Below are positions 14,679 to 29,239 of a stretch of DNA of 64,000 nt, piece after piece; position 1 is the stretch's first letter, and the number at the start of each line of letters is the position of its first letter. The position numbers and the translations under genes are program-made. The notes beneath the pieces were generated by a model, which was not told the origin of the DNA, made no database searches, and saw only the letters and a list, made by a program, of their open reading frames with translations. Origin of the DNA: Octopus vulgaris (taxonomy: Eukaryota); NCBI GenBank assembly GCA_951406725.2, contig OX597824.1:18972001-19036000 (forward strand). Reading direction: 5' to 3'.

Positions 14679-14739
14679 GATAACTGAAGAGATGGCGGCG
14701 TGGATTTCCACCTCGACATCCGAAACTCGGAGTTTTGTC
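14679..14739 (+). ncRNA. Minimal type-I hammerhead ribozyme motif
   Basis: GAUAA-CUGAAGA-GAUG...CAUCc-GAAA-CUCGGAG-UU-UUGUC; sister of 2457-2517, with a U-G pair retained in stem I. Confidence 0.8.
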
Positions 14740-15068
14740 ATGGCTACTGAATAATTGTTATATTACATTTAAAAATGAATTCCTCTATTTACGTAATATC
14801 GAGGTCTCTTTCATTCTTTTGTTGTTTTACAATCTTTATCAATATTTATATATATATGTGTGTGTGTGTCTGTATGTCTGTCAATAATAAATAATAATAA
14901 GGGTAAAATTAATTAATTAATTTTATTATAATAAATATATTTTATTATAGTAAATATATATATGTATGTATAGTTTGTTTTCTTTCTCAATTAAGACTAT
15001 GTCCGGCTTCCTATTCTCTATCTCATGGTCGCACTGAATCATAAGATCCTATAGGATCTTTGAATTTC

Positions 15069-15192
<124 letters not shown>

Positions 15193-15703
15193 GAGTTATA
15201 GAGCAGTGTATGCCATCAAAGTGACACTGGGGTAAAATATACGAAGCCCTGTATACCCATCATGACTACACGTCTGATAAGGCACATGAATCACAAACAT
15301 ATGTACGCGACATGGTGATCTCATATCATGATAAACAGCGTATGACCTTGCAGGTGGGGCCAAGTTAGAATTTACTTCAGTTCGAGTAGACCACCCTGCT
15401 CAAAAGGTTCCTGAATAAGGTATGTTTATGGATGTTGAACGAAACACCCATGTTACCAAAAGTGAATTATCCAAACCCCAAATAATTCATGTCGACACAT
15501 GGCTATGATGCTCCCCCACTACTTCTGCTCGGGATCAGAGATGCACATACCATCAGCCACTAGGGGACATGCTCAACTGGTTAAGGTCAAACAACTGACA
15601 AGCAAATCTGTGGTTACTGAGCAGAATATTTGCTGTAGCCCATCTTTTATACCAAGACAAAACATGTACATGATAACACTTCCAATCAGTTAAGATCAGA
15701 AGC

Positions 15704-15705
<2 letters not shown>
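15193..15705 (-). mobile_element. ~550-bp (AAT)n-associated element
   Basis: Reverse copy flanked by (TTA)n on both sides. Confidence 0.85.
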
Positions 15706-15802
<97 letters not shown>

Positions 15803-15816
15803 CATCATCATCATCA

Positions 15817-15871
<55 letters not shown>

Positions 15872-15873
<2 letters not shown>

Positions 15874-16286
15874 TTTTCCCTTCTTTCTTCAAATTTTCTT
15901 CGATTTTTCGCCGAGAGCTTTCCATACACCTACAGCAGAGAATTTCATTGTATGCATTCCCAGATTACACACGCAAATTCACAGGTAAAATATGTATTTA
16001 AAAAATTAATAAATAAATAAATTCATGAATGTATGTTGCTTTCACAGCGATAACCCTCTTTTCAATCCAAGAATTGATCCAGTTAACACAATTTTTTGCA
16101 CTTCCTGTAGGGATGGTAAGCCTGGTATCATTTTCAAATAGGTTTCAGTACCTTTTTTTAATTATTCCTAGAGATCCTATAATCACTGGTACTGTAGTCA
16201 CCTTGAGATGCTACATTTTTCAATTAGCAAGTCCTTAAATTTACTGACCTTGTCAAATTCTTTCGTCGCTATATTGCAATCACAAT
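15872..16286 (-). mobile_element. R4/Dong-clade LINE 3' end (restriction-like endonuclease C-terminus + 3' UTR)
   Basis: Minus strand reads CDCNIATKEFDKVSKFKDLLIEK/.HLKVTTVPVIIGSLGIIKKGTETYLKMIPGLPSLQEVQKIVLTGS..., stop at 16042-16044, then UTR and (TAA)n. Confidence 0.75.
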
Positions 16287-16287
16287 C

Positions 16288-16832
16288 GAGAGAGCAGTAC
16301 GTACCATCATAGTGACATTGATGTACAAATATACGAAGCCGGATATACGCATCATGACAACCCGTCTGATAAGGGTACTCCAGATTCATACATCACAATT
16401 ATATGTGCGTGCCATGGTGATCTTATATCAAGATAATCAGCGAATAACTTTGCAGATGGAGCCCAATTAGAAAATTTTCTTTAGTTAGAATAGCCCTTTC
16501 CGCTCAAAGGGTTCCTGAATAAGGATTGTTTAAGAATAATGACCGAAACACCCATGTTTTTAGGGGTTAATTATTCAAACACCAAAGAATCCCTCTCAAC
16601 GTATATCTCTGATGCACCCCAACAACTGCTCGTGATCAGAGATATCGTCAGCTACCTATCGATATCCTCAACTGATTAAAGTCAAGCAAGTGACAAGCAA
16701 ATCTGTGGTATTGAGCAGAATATTTGCTGTGGCCCATCTTTTATACCAAGACAAAACAATGTACATGATAACACTTCCAGTCAGTTAAGATCAGAAGCTG
16801 TGGGAACCATTGCCTAGTACTGAATCAAGGCT
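16288..16832 (-). mobile_element. ~550-bp element, older diverged full-length copy
   Basis: Homologous to 17891-18446; abuts the truncated 5' end of the Dong-like LINE. Confidence 0.8.
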
Positions 16833-17546
16833 TTTATTCATTATTTTTCTTAAGGTAACGGGCTGGCATAATCGTTGCCGCGCCGGACTAAATGCTTAGC
16901 AGTATTTGTTCCGGATCTTTACGTTTTTCGTTGAAATCTGACCGTAGTCATCTTTGCGTTTTATCATTTTGGGGTCCAGTAATGCGTTTGATATAATCGA
17001 CTTGCGCTCTCCCCTCAATATTCAAAATTTTGAACAATTCTTCTTCTTCTTCTTCTTCTTCTTCTTCTTCTTCTTCTTCTTCTTCTTCTTCTTCTTCTTC
17101 TTCTTCTTCTTCTTCTTCTTCTTCTTCTTCTTCTTCTTCTTTTACTCCACTTCTTCTTCTCGTTCTCCTCCTTCACTCTTTTCTTTCTTTTCCTACCTCT
17201 TCTACTCCTCCTCTTCCACCACCACTACCTCCTCTTCTCTTCTTCCTTCTCTTTCATATTCTGCCTCTCATCCTCCTTCTACTCCTTCTCCTCCTCAGCC
17301 TCTTCCTTCTTCGTCTCCCTATCCTCCTCCTCGCTGCTGCTGTTGCTGCTTTCGTAGTAGCTATGTGAAAGAGAGAGAGAGAGAGAGAAATGGGAAGGGG
17401 ATGGTGATAGGATAGACTTTAATTTTCTTCATTTTTATCATTCCCTTTTTCGTTCGCTCCATCATAGACAAATTTACCATTCATGCAGATGTGTTTAATG
17501 AGAAAATAGATCTTGGTATAGGTTTTGCTGCTGCTGCTGCTGCTGC

Positions 17547-17577
<31 letters not shown>

Positions 17578-17627
17578 ACTAGCTCTGGTAGCGATATAGG
17601 GACGCTGATACTAATAATAATAACAAT

Positions 17628-17701
<74 letters not shown>

Positions 17702-17711
17702 TTTTTTTTTA

Positions 17712-17835
17712 AATGAACGAACAACTGAGTTTGGTTTAATGGCCTACCAATATACACTATGAGTTTCTTTGCCCTAGGAGTCGGGAAGACACTCGGCAAG
17801 AAATGGAAGCAAATTTGAAAGAAGAAGAAAAAAAA

Positions 17836-17836
<1 letters not shown>
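17712..17836 (+). mobile_element. 3' UTR fragment of the Dong-like LINE
   Basis: CTCGGCAAGAAATGGAAGCAAATTTGAAAGAAG resembles the reverse of 15875-15930; embedded in (AAT)n. Confidence 0.55.
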
Positions 17837-17890
<54 letters not shown>

Positions 17891-17892
<2 letters not shown>

Positions 17893-18446
17893 GACCTGAT
17901 GCAGTACCAGGCAGTGGCTCTCATGGCTTCTGATCTTAACTGATTGGAAGTGTTATCATGTACATTGTTTTGTCTTGGTATAAAAGATGGGCTACAGCAA
18001 ATATTCTGCTAAATACCACAGATTTGCTTGTCAGTTGTTTGACCTTAACCAGTTGAGCATGTCCCTTAGTGGCTGACGATATGTGCATCTCTGATCACGA
18101 GCAGAAGTAGTGGGGGAGCATCATAGCCATGTGTTGAGAGGGATTCTTTGGGGTTTGAATAGTTCACCTCTGGAAACATGAGTGGTTCTTTCAACATCCT
18201 TAAACAACCCTTATTCAGGGACCGTTTGAGCGGGATGGGCTACTCAACCTGAAGAAAATTCTAACTGGGCCCCACCTGCAAGGTCATGTGCTGTTTATCT
18301 TGATATGAGATCACCATGTTGCCCACATATGGTTGTGATGCATGTGCCTAGTGTACCTTTATCAGACGGGTAGTCATGATGGGTATATTGGGCTTCGTAT
18401 ATTTTACCCCAGTGTCACTTTGATGGCATGAACTGCTCTCTCACTC
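17891..18446 (+). mobile_element. ~550-bp (AAT)n-associated element, full length
   Basis: Starts ATGACCTGATGCAGTACCAGG, ends CTCTCTCACTC, (AAT)n on both sides. Confidence 0.9.
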
Positions 18447-18488
<42 letters not shown>

Positions 18489-18498
18489 CCCAGTTTGT

Positions 18499-19197
<699 letters not shown>

Positions 19198-19293
19198 CAC
19201 ACCGGTCTTCTAATAACAGCCATAGCGAAAAGTGCATTAAGCGAGAGATAACATGCTGGTCTTTGGATTAAATCTGTGATTGCTCCATTCCAG

Positions 19294-19388
19294 GCGCGGC
19301 GTCCTCATTCGAATCTCACCCAACGGCCTCACCTACCGTTCTTGGATCAACGGCCCCAGCAGCTCAGGACTTCACTGCTTACAGTTGA
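19294..19388 (+). CDS. Candidate short terminal coding exon, product unknown
   Basis: Unique GC-richer island with acceptor-like TGCTCCATTCCAG; phase-1 frame reads AASSFESHPTASPTVLGSTAPAAQDFTAYS*. No homology recognised. Confidence 0.2.
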
Positions 19389-19407
19389 GGCAGTGGCACC
19401 AGTACAC

Positions 19408-19471
<64 letters not shown>

Positions 19472-19592
19472 GGTGGTGGTAGTAGTAGTACTAGTAGTAG
19501 TAGCTGTAGTAGTATGAGTAGTAGTAGTAATAGTGGTTCTGGTGCTGGTGCTGGTGCTAGTGGTGGTGGTGGTGGTGGTGGTGGTGGCGTTG

Positions 19593-19627
<35 letters not shown>

Positions 19628-19911
19628 GTGGTGGTGGTGGTAGTGGTGGTGGTGGTGGTGGCCGGTGACGGCGGTGGCAGCGACGGTGGTGGTGGTGGTA
19701 GTAGTAGTAGTAGTAGTACTCTGGTGGTGGTGGTGGTGGCCGATGACGGCGACGAGTAGTGATGGTGGTGGTGGTGGTGGTGGTGGTGGTGGTGGTTGTA
19801 GTAGTAGTAGCCTGGTGTTGGTAATGGTTGTGGTAGTGGTGGTAGTGGCCAGTGACGTCGGCGACGGCGACGGGTGGTGGTGGTGGCCGATGACGGCGAC
19901 GGGTAGTGATG

Positions 19912-19949
<38 letters not shown>

Positions 19950-20068
19950 TGTAGTAGTAGTAACAGCAGCAGCCTGGTGTTGGTGATGGTGGTGGTAGTG
20001 GTGGTGGTGGCGAGTGACGGCGGCGGCGGCGACGGGTGGTAGTGGTGGTGATGGAGGTGACGGTGATG
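19408..20068. repeat. (AGT/GGT)n compound microsatellite with ~155-bp higher-order duplication
   Basis: TGGCCGATGACGGCGACG and AGCCTGGTGTTGGT units recur. Confidence 0.9.
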
Positions 20069-20586
20069 GGTAGTTGGGCAGGGGGTTAGATAGTCCAGAA
20101 TGAAGGACATGCTTCGTTTAATTTTCTTTCTGTTTTTTTTTTCTCTTTTTTCTTTTCTTTTCTCACTGTCATTCACTGCTAGATACTTCCCAAATCGATA
20201 CCAATCAGAACTGCAGTAAATCACGTGATTTGACCTAGACTTTGACAAGCATTTGATCTAAATCATGTGCGCTTTAGCTTTCTTCAGAGTGTTTGTCTCT
20301 TTGTCTTTGAGATTTTGCGTGACTTGGCAGTAGAAATGTCATGATCGAATCTCTTATCTTTACAGCCTTAATTTTGGAGTTTTTAATATCACATCTAGCA
20401 TCACAATAATGACAGTGGTCACTAACTTTATAGTATTTAATTGTAACGGCGCTGCGGACAAAACGTTAGTATTGCATACAGATATGAAAGTATGGATGTA
20501 TGTATGCATCTCTGTATGTGTGTGTGTGTGTGTGTGTATTTTTATATTGACACACATGTATTCATGTGCACATGTATGCATGTATG

Positions 20587-20641
<55 letters not shown>

Positions 20642-20693
20642 GCATATATATATATGTATGTGTCTACATATGTATATATATATATGTATATAT

Positions 20694-20752
<59 letters not shown>

Positions 20753-21042
20753 CATACATATATATATATATATGAATGTATATGTATATATATATGTATG
20801 TATCTATGTGTATATATATATATATATATATATGCATACATACGTGCTTCTGTGTATGTGTGTGTATTTGTATATAGACACACATGTATAAATATGCACA
20901 TGTACGTATGTACATATATATGTATACACACACGCATATATACACATACATACATACATGCTTTTTTGTACGTCTGTGTGTGTACGTATGTGTGTGCGTC
21001 TGTACGTGTGTGTGTGGAAGTGTGTGTACGTGTGTGTGTGTG

Positions 21043-21079
<37 letters not shown>

Positions 21080-21477
21080 ATTTGATGAGGTTCTCTTTAA
21101 ATATTTTTTCTATTTCTCACAGAAGATAACAATCGGTCAATAATCGAATCACAAAGCTAATCTCGTGTAGTGGACATCGCTGAGGTTAAACTATAAATTG
21201 GACTTCTGGAAAAAAAAACTATGCACATCTGATGTTTCTTGGACTTGGAGGTCTGTGAATCAATAAATAATTATTCCAGTTTCGAGATATCTAACTTTTT
21301 CGAGCTTATTATTCGGTTACGTTAATCGCAAGGCAACAATCCTTCTTCAATATCTGTTGGTAAACTTTTGAACTTTTGAGGCTTGTATTTCTGAGTGGAA
21401 TGTGTAGAGTTCTTTGTCCGTTCATATTTACTTTCTCATTAATGTTAGCTGCGATAGCTGTGTGCGTAAAAGACAGT

Positions 21478-22035
21478 AAAACCTCGAGGTCAAAGTATTT
21501 AAACAAGAAGTCAGTTCGATAACAGAACAACTTGCTGTTTTTCGATACGGCTACTCGATCTTTTGAAACTATGTCAAAAATGTGCCACAAAGAAAAAAAA
21601 AAACTCTACTTGTTTTTAATTGTACCAAATCTCTTAAATCATATATTTTAATAATATCAATGACCAAAATTTTGCTATTTTCCTACTCCTGAGCCGCAAA
21701 TTGTCCATATTCATTTTCTCGTTTCATGTTAGACGTGATACCCATATGCGTTCTTACACACACCACAATCCATCTACATATATTGAAAAGCATTATATCG
21801 CACATAGTAAAACCCTGAGGTCAAAATGTTTGAACAAAAAGCTAGTTTGATAGCGAAGCAACGTAGTATTTTTCTATGGGGTTACTTGATCTTTCGATCT
21901 TTTGAAACTAACTGTCAAAATCGTGCCATAAATATATATTAAAAAAAAAAAGAGATCTTTACATTTTTTAATAGTACCATATCTTTTTAATCGTATAATC
22001 TAACATAAGATTTAAGAGATGACCGAAATTGCACT
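21478..22035. repeat. Old ~330-bp tandem duplication
   Basis: GAGGTCAAA...GATCTTTTGAAACTA...TGTCAAAA...GTGCCA recurs at ~21487 and ~21817. Confidence 0.65.
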
Positions 22036-22134
22036 CTTGTATTATTTCTAAGACACATCGTTTTGATCGAGTGCCAAATTAAGGCGCGTGTCATGGACAT
22101 GGGACACTACCGACTCAATACAATTTATAACCAT

Positions 22135-22282
22135 ATATACATTATGTACATTATTTACAATTGACGGATATTCGTCCTCATCTTGTCTGTTGTTAACACA
22201 ACATTTCGGCTGATATACCCTCCAGCTTTCATCAGGTGTCTTGGGGAAATTTCGAACCTGGGTTCTCATTCCTAAGGTATTG

Positions 22283-22329
<47 letters not shown>

Positions 22330-22341
22330 GTTATTATCATC

Positions 22342-22372
<31 letters not shown>

Positions 22373-22395
22373 CTATTATTATTGCTATTATCATC

Positions 22396-22457
<62 letters not shown>

Positions 22458-22536
22458 GATTGTTAGTGTTCAGGTCACTGCTTGGAATCGAACTCGGAAT
22501 CTTGGGGTTAGTAGCCCGCGCCCTTACCACTACTCC

Positions 22537-22598
<62 letters not shown>

Positions 22599-22650
22599 GT
22601 AAATAATGTAAATAATGTACATAATTCCTCATCTCTTAAATATAGAACTG
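22135..22650 (-). mobile_element. Composite element: tRNA-like head + (AAT)n + hammerhead-containing tail, with plus-strand 3' terminus
   Basis: Head 22540-22462 (-) TGGAGTAGTGGTAAG...GAGTTCGATTCC. Tail 22280-22135 matches 51679-51782. 22595-22650 (+) matches 51847-51901. Confidence 0.7.
22195..22240 (-). ncRNA. Hammerhead motif, slightly mutated
   Basis: GACAC-CUGAUGA-aAGCUG gaggguauau CAGCC-GAAA-UG-UU-GUGUU. Confidence 0.7.
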
Positions 22651-22892
22651 CATACTTCTTAGTATTATACATTTATGTAGTCACATTGTGGTAGACAACT
22701 TTCTCGTAGAGGTTTTAACTTCCTTTTCTTGTAGGACTTGATCTAAAGCTTCCAAAGTGCCCTATAAAAGAAATGACGAATGTATTAGTCTATAATTGTT
22801 ATTAGATTTTCAGGCGGTCTTTTTTTTTTTGCGGAATAAACACAAGCAGTTCACTTCAAGTATATTACTGCTTTTATTTTATTGTCTTTTGT

Positions 22893-22934
22893 TTGAAAAT
22901 CTTTCGTCACATACCCTGTGACCTCTTCAGCCAA
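22893..22934 (-). ncRNA. Hammerhead motif
   Basis: UUGG-CUGAAGA-gGUCAC aggguau GUGAC-GAAA-GAU-UU-UCAA. Confidence 0.6.
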
Positions 22935-23167
22935 CTCTCTACCGCACGTGTCACCTCCGGTTCTGTTTAATCCATTCTCAGCCCACACGGTTTCACATCA
23001 GGAATCTTGCAAAATAAATACATAGATAATCCTATAGAAGAACGTTCAGCAGAAGATATTTACAACATGACGAAGAATTTCAAGAGAAACCGACCGCAGT
23101 AACAATTGGATAAGCATGATTAAAGCGCAGCCAAACCTCAAGTGATTCTCTCTAATTTTCTCAAGAA

Positions 23168-23239
<72 letters not shown>

Positions 23240-23404
23240 GTATGTATACACAAACATAAGAGAGAATCCACTATGTGGACGCTCTTGCGCTAAAAATAGA
23301 TCCGCAATGGTCTCAAACACCAAAAATTGTTCTCAAGGAAAATTAGCACAACTATGAACGTAAGCGAGCAGGACAGAGGAAAAATAACAAAAATGTAGAT
23401 TAAC

Positions 23405-23477
23405 CCTAGACAATTGTTTCACTGTTAATAGATTAAGCAATTTTACTTACACAATAAATCCACAGCTCATCAGTAGG
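23405..23477 (-). ncRNA. Canonical minimal type-I hammerhead ribozyme
   Basis: CCUA-CUGAUGA-GCUGU...ACAGU-GAAA-CAAUUG-UC-UAGG; GUC cleavage triplet, palindromic stem III ACAAUUGU. Confidence 0.85.
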
Positions 23478-23660
23478 ATTCGTCATGAATATAATTTGCT
23501 GAACTGCACGCCAGATTTTAACACAAAGTCAAACACACGAATAGTTCAGCCTATTATATTTGCAGTTATGATTCAAATGCCCTCGTTATAGCGCGCAAAA
23601 ATTTCCGGAAACAAATAATATAAATATATACTTTATTTAAATGCAGCAGAAATATCACAA

Positions 23661-23698
23661 CTGTTACTCAGAGTTTCACGTTCCCGTTCGTCAAACAG
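23661..23698 (-). ncRNA. Hammerhead-like motif in an inverted-duplicated element (~23630-23825)
   Basis: CUGU-UUGACGA-ACG ggaa CGU-GAAA-CUCUGAG-UA-ACAG; the partly deleted mirror copy at 23712-23734 has a CCGACGA core. Confidence 0.55.
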
Positions 23699-23830
23699 TT
23701 TTATGAGAAAACTGTCCGACGAACGGGAATGTGATATTTCTGCTGTATTTAAATAAAGCACATTACTCTACCTCTGGTATTTGAGTACTCTTTCTTTCCA
23801 CCTTGTTTCACATTTATGTGCTTACTTCGG

Positions 23831-23907
<77 letters not shown>

Positions 23908-23982
23908 GTACGTATATATATATATATATAATTGTATATGATACATAAATATAGATGGTTATACATAGTATGCAGAATATAA

Positions 23983-24021
<39 letters not shown>

Positions 24022-24196
24022 TTACTATTGTAAATGTACATAGATTACATCTATATTTGTCTGTTTCTGCGCTTGCGTGTATAAAACATCAATGGATTCT
24101 CGTGAATTTGGAAAGCTGTATGAAGATATAGACTCGCCGATTTTGGGGGCTTTGATCGGATACTTTTCTGCGTGTATCTGTGTATTTGTGTGCTGT

Positions 24197-24274
<78 letters not shown>

Positions 24275-24496
24275 TATACATATATATATATATACATATA
24301 TATTTATGCATATATATATATATGTATATATATATACATATATATATATATATTTATATACATATATATACATATATATATATATACATGCATATATATA
24401 TTTATATACACACACGTTAAGATATATATACATACATATATTCATTAATATATGTATATACATAAGTCTATATATATATATATATAGACATATGTA

Positions 24497-24545
<49 letters not shown>

Positions 24546-25294
24546 GCACGCACACACACACACACACACACGTATTTCATTTACATATTTCTAAAATTTA
24601 TACATATTCTTATTCTTATTCTCTAAATATTTACAGTTTTTTTTATTAAACTTCTTTCAAAATTTGTGCGTGCGTGCGCGCGTGCGAGTGCGTTTACAAC
24701 ATGCTTGTGCGTGCGTGCGTGCGTGCGTGTATGTTTACGCGTTGGCGCATTCACAGGTGCACGTGCAAATGTGAATACATGCGCTTGCATGCGTGCGCAT
24801 GCGTATATGCGTTTAAACCAAATTATCCAACGTTTCTGCCTTCTTTCTCGGTGCTTTCTTGGTAATATATTTGGCAACATGCCTCCTTCTGACCTTGCAA
24901 CCAAAGAATGCTTCGAGCGAAGAATCTTTGTTCTTTTTGCTTTCATTCCTTCTTTCTTTCTTTCTTTCTTACCTTCTTTCATTCTGTTTCTTTTTCCCCT
25001 TTTATCATTTGTTGTTGTTTTGTGTCTAACCCTGATATATTTTTTTCTTCATTTTGCTTTGTTTTCTTTGTTTATTTGTTTGTTTGTTTGTTTATTTCTA
25101 TGTTGTGTGTAAGTTTGTTTGCTGGTTTGTGTGTTTGTTGGTTGGTTGGTTGGTTGGTTGGTCGGTCGGTTTGTTCTCCTGAAGGCTACCATCTTCTTAA
25201 AAATGTATTTGCTTTGTTATTATTATGCGATGATAGAGGGTGCATGCGTGAGTGTGTATGCGCATGTGTATATGTGTATGTATGTATATATATA

Positions 25295-25325
<31 letters not shown>

Positions 25326-25540
25326 TTGTATATTTATACATATATATATGTATATATATATCTGTATATATATATATATGTATATATATAAGAGGAACGT
25401 AAGGCTCTACGTGTGTGCGTGCATGCGTGCGTGTGTATCTTTCGACTCTTCTTCCCAGATAAACCCATGCTGAAGACATTGTCTACATATTTCCTGCTTT
25501 TGGGGCTGAAAATGAGTAAATACACACACACATGCATACA

Positions 25541-25576
<36 letters not shown>

Positions 25577-25810
25577 TATATATGCACACGCGCTCGCGTT
25601 TCTGTATGTGACTGATGTGTGTAAAACGACTATGTGTGCGTGTAACCGTCGAAACCGGTGAACCATTACTACCGATATTTGCCTGTCCGTATGTGTGTGC
25701 TTGTGTGTGCGTGTGTGTGTGTGTTTATGTGTGTGTGCATGTGTGCGTGTATGTGTGTGTGTTTGTAATAGTGGTTTTTTTATTTTCGGTAATGTTTGTA
25801 TGTTCGTATA

Positions 25811-26424
25811 AAGGGTTGGCCAAAAGTCACCTGACAGTAAATCAAAACCATTTAATTCCAAGATTTAACAACTGAATGAATTTAATACTCTCTCTTTTAC
25901 TTGTTTCAGTCATTTGACTGCGGCCATGCTGGAGCACCGCCTTTAGTCGAGCAAATCGACCCCGGGACTTATTCTTTGTAAGCCCAGTACTTATTCTATC
26001 GGTCTCTTTCGCCGAACCGCTAAGTTACGGGGACGTAAGCACACCAGCATCGCTTGTCAAGCAATGCTAGGGGGACAAACACAGACACACAAACACACAC
26101 ACATATATATACATATATATGACAGGCTTTTTCTGTTTCCGTCTACCAAATCGACTCACAAGGCATTGGTCGGCCCGGGGTTATAGCAGAAGACACCAGT
26201 ACAAAGATGCCACGCAGTGGGACAGAACCCGGAACCATGATTAGCATGCTACTTACCACACAGCCACTCCTGCGCCTAAAAGCATCTAAATATGGAACAT
26301 CATCAAAATTGTTCAAACTGAAGTCCTTCTGGAGCGACACATTTTTCCATTCGAGTCATTACAGAATTAAAGACAGTATTTACGGGATTTTGATTCACTG
26401 TCGGGTGACTTTTGGCCAACCGTG
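25811..26424. mobile_element. Tc1/mariner-type MITE interrupted by a SINE
   Basis: ~35-bp TIRs GGTTGGCCAAAAGTCACCTGACAGTAAATCAAAA / TTTTGATTCACTGTCGGGTGACTTTTGGCCAACC, with TA on both flanks. Confidence 0.8.
25885..26277 (-). mobile_element. SINE family A copy nested in the MITE
   Basis: Identity to the other copies. Confidence 0.9.
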
Positions 26425-26595
26425 TATACCGGAGTGAATTTGCCTGTGCATATAAATGACTGTGTGTGTGTGTGTGTGTGTGTATATAAATATATATAAT
26501 GGGAAGGTTTTCGAAAATAAACAAAAGACGAAGGCAGGTGGAGTACAAACAAACAAATGTATTAGTATGGCGCTCAGGAATAGAAATAGAACAAG

Positions 26596-26633
26596 TCTTT
26601 TACGTTTCGAGCCTACGCTCTTCGACAGAAAGA
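26596..26633 (-). ncRNA. Hammerhead-like motif with CUGUCGA core (A6U)
   Basis: UCUUU-CUGUCGA-aGAGC guag GCUC-GAAA-CG-UA-AAAGA in a ~210-bp element (26490-26705). Confidence 0.6.
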
Positions 26634-27016
26634 TACACAGAAAAGAAACAAGGTGAGAAACAAGGAAGGAAAAAATGTGTGTAGGAGCTAAAGGTCTACC
26701 ATGATGTCAGTGTGTAAATATAGTTATGCCTGATACTTCGCGCTTCCAAAACCTGTAGGTTACTCAAGGTATGGTAGAACTTCCAGCTCAGTCGACTGGA
26801 CTAACGTGGAAATGAAGTCCCTTGCCTAAGGAAACAAAGAAATACATCGTCCGGGGATTGAACCAACGACGTCACGATCGTGTTGTGAAGACTACCTTGC
26901 TTTCTAGTGTTTTAAAACTTCTTAGAAATACTAACTTTTCCATAGAGATATGGTGCCCCAGCATGGCCGTGGCCTTCGGGCTAAAACATTTTTAAGGATT
27001 TAAGGATTTATATATT

Positions 27017-27431
27017 ATACTCTTTTACTCTCTTACTTGTTTCAGTCATTTGACTGCGGCCATGCTGAAGTACCACCTTTAATTGAGCAACTCGACCCCG
27101 GGACTTATTCTTTGTAAGCCCAGTACTTATTCTATCGGTCTTTTTTGCCGAACCGCTAGGTGACGGGGACGCAAACACGCCAGCATCGGTTGTCAAACGA
27201 TGTTGGGGGGGACAAACACAGACACACAAACATACACACACACACATATATATATATACATATATACGACAGGCTTCTTTCAGTTTCCGTCTACCAAATC
27301 CACTCACAAGGCTTTGGTCGGCCCGAGGCTATAGTAGAAGACACTTGCCCAAGGTGCCACGCTGTGGGACTGAACCCGGAACCATGTGGTTGGTAAGCAA
27401 GCTACTTACCACACAGCCACTCCTGCGCCTA
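27017..27431 (-). mobile_element. SINE family A, full length
   Basis: Identity to the other copies. Confidence 0.9.
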
Positions 27432-27702
27432 TATTATATATTATAAATATATTCGATTCCCGGACCGGGGGTTGTGCTGTGTTCTTGAGCAAAGCACTTC
27501 ATTTCACGTTGGTCTATGATCATTTCGACATCTAACATGTGGAAACTGTTGCACCTGTACAGGTAATATCGATCTGAAGGAGCGAGTGAGATTGTGTCTA
27601 CACAAACATTTGATAACTATAAGCAAATCGTTTGTGTGGTTGCTCGGTACGAAATTGTCGAATTCTCATACGTCGCCTAACGACAAGAGAGTCCAATATA
27701 TG

Positions 27703-27734
<32 letters not shown>

Positions 27735-27872
27735 TGTATGTATGTATGTATGTATGTATGTATGTGTGTATGTATGTATGTATGTATGTGTGTGTATGTA
27801 TGTATGTATGTATGTATGTATGTATGTGTGTGTATGTATGTATGTATGTATGTATGTGTGTATGTATGTATG

Positions 27873-27904
<32 letters not shown>

Positions 27905-28136
27905 TGTATGTATGTATGTATGTATGTATGTGTGTGTATGTATGTATGTATGTATGTATGTATGTATGTATGTATGTATGTATATGGTCGGCAAGTGTCG
28001 AAACTGTGATGAAACTTGATCCGCAACTGTTGAATGATTGAGATTGTCTGCATTCATTGAGTGTGTTATCTCTCTACCATAAATCCCTTTATCGTCTCCT
28101 TGCAGCACAATTTTGATTAGATATACTCATACACAC

Positions 28137-28196
<60 letters not shown>

Positions 28197-28240
28197 ATAT
28201 ATATATATATACATACATATATATATATATATGTATATAT

Positions 28241-28301
<61 letters not shown>

Positions 28302-28485
28302 CGAGTTCTGCATCAGGTATTTGCATTATGTATGATATATATTTATATATACTTCACAACATTTATATTATGATGCGTACTTACATTTTGTTTGTATATA
28401 CGTGTGTATGTATACGTATGTACATTATATATATGCATCTAGGTATATATATCTAAACATATACATATATTACATATATCTATAC

Positions 28486-28529
<44 letters not shown>

Positions 28530-28670
28530 GATACATATAACATAATACATATACATATACACACACACACAAGCACACACATATATATATATATATATAT
28601 ATGTATATACATACAAAAATATCTATATGTATATATGCATAGAGAGAGAGAGAGATAGATAGATAGATAA

Positions 28671-28708
<38 letters not shown>

Positions 28709-28710
28709 GG

Positions 28711-28790
<80 letters not shown>

Positions 28791-29239
28791 TTGAATATAT
28801 TGTTACTTCCTTTGTAAATTTGTTTTTTTCCAAACCAACACGTGTAAGTTCTTAGCAGTTGTGCTTCTTTAACTGTGTTGTATAATTTTCGTTGATAAAA
28901 ATAAGTCGCAGAGAATCACACACGCACGCACTCTTGGGGGTGTGCTAGGGCGCTAAGAGAATAAAAAAAACCGACTCGTCGTTGCAACCCTGAAAGAGAG
29001 TAAGCGAGATAGCGAGAATGAGTGAAGGAGAGCGGGGTGGAGTGAGGGCTGGCCTGAGATTAATAGATGTAATATGAACGGTTGGAGGGTAGCTATTAGG
29101 TATTACACCAACAGAACGAGTGTTCCCGTTAAAGTTAATCAAAACAGATATAGTGTGACTGTTACATACAAGATTGAACTGAGGCAAAATGGAGTGAATA
29201 ATTCATCTCCTCGTCACAACTCCTCGTAATCCTCCCTCC

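Noticed and set aside
17891-17970. HDV-like ribozyme at the start of the 550-bp element
   Set aside because: I could not fit the nested double pseudoknot by eye; only a simple hairpin is visible.
22462-22540. Possible tRNA gene
   Set aside because: No proper acceptor stem or terminator; better explained as a SINE head.
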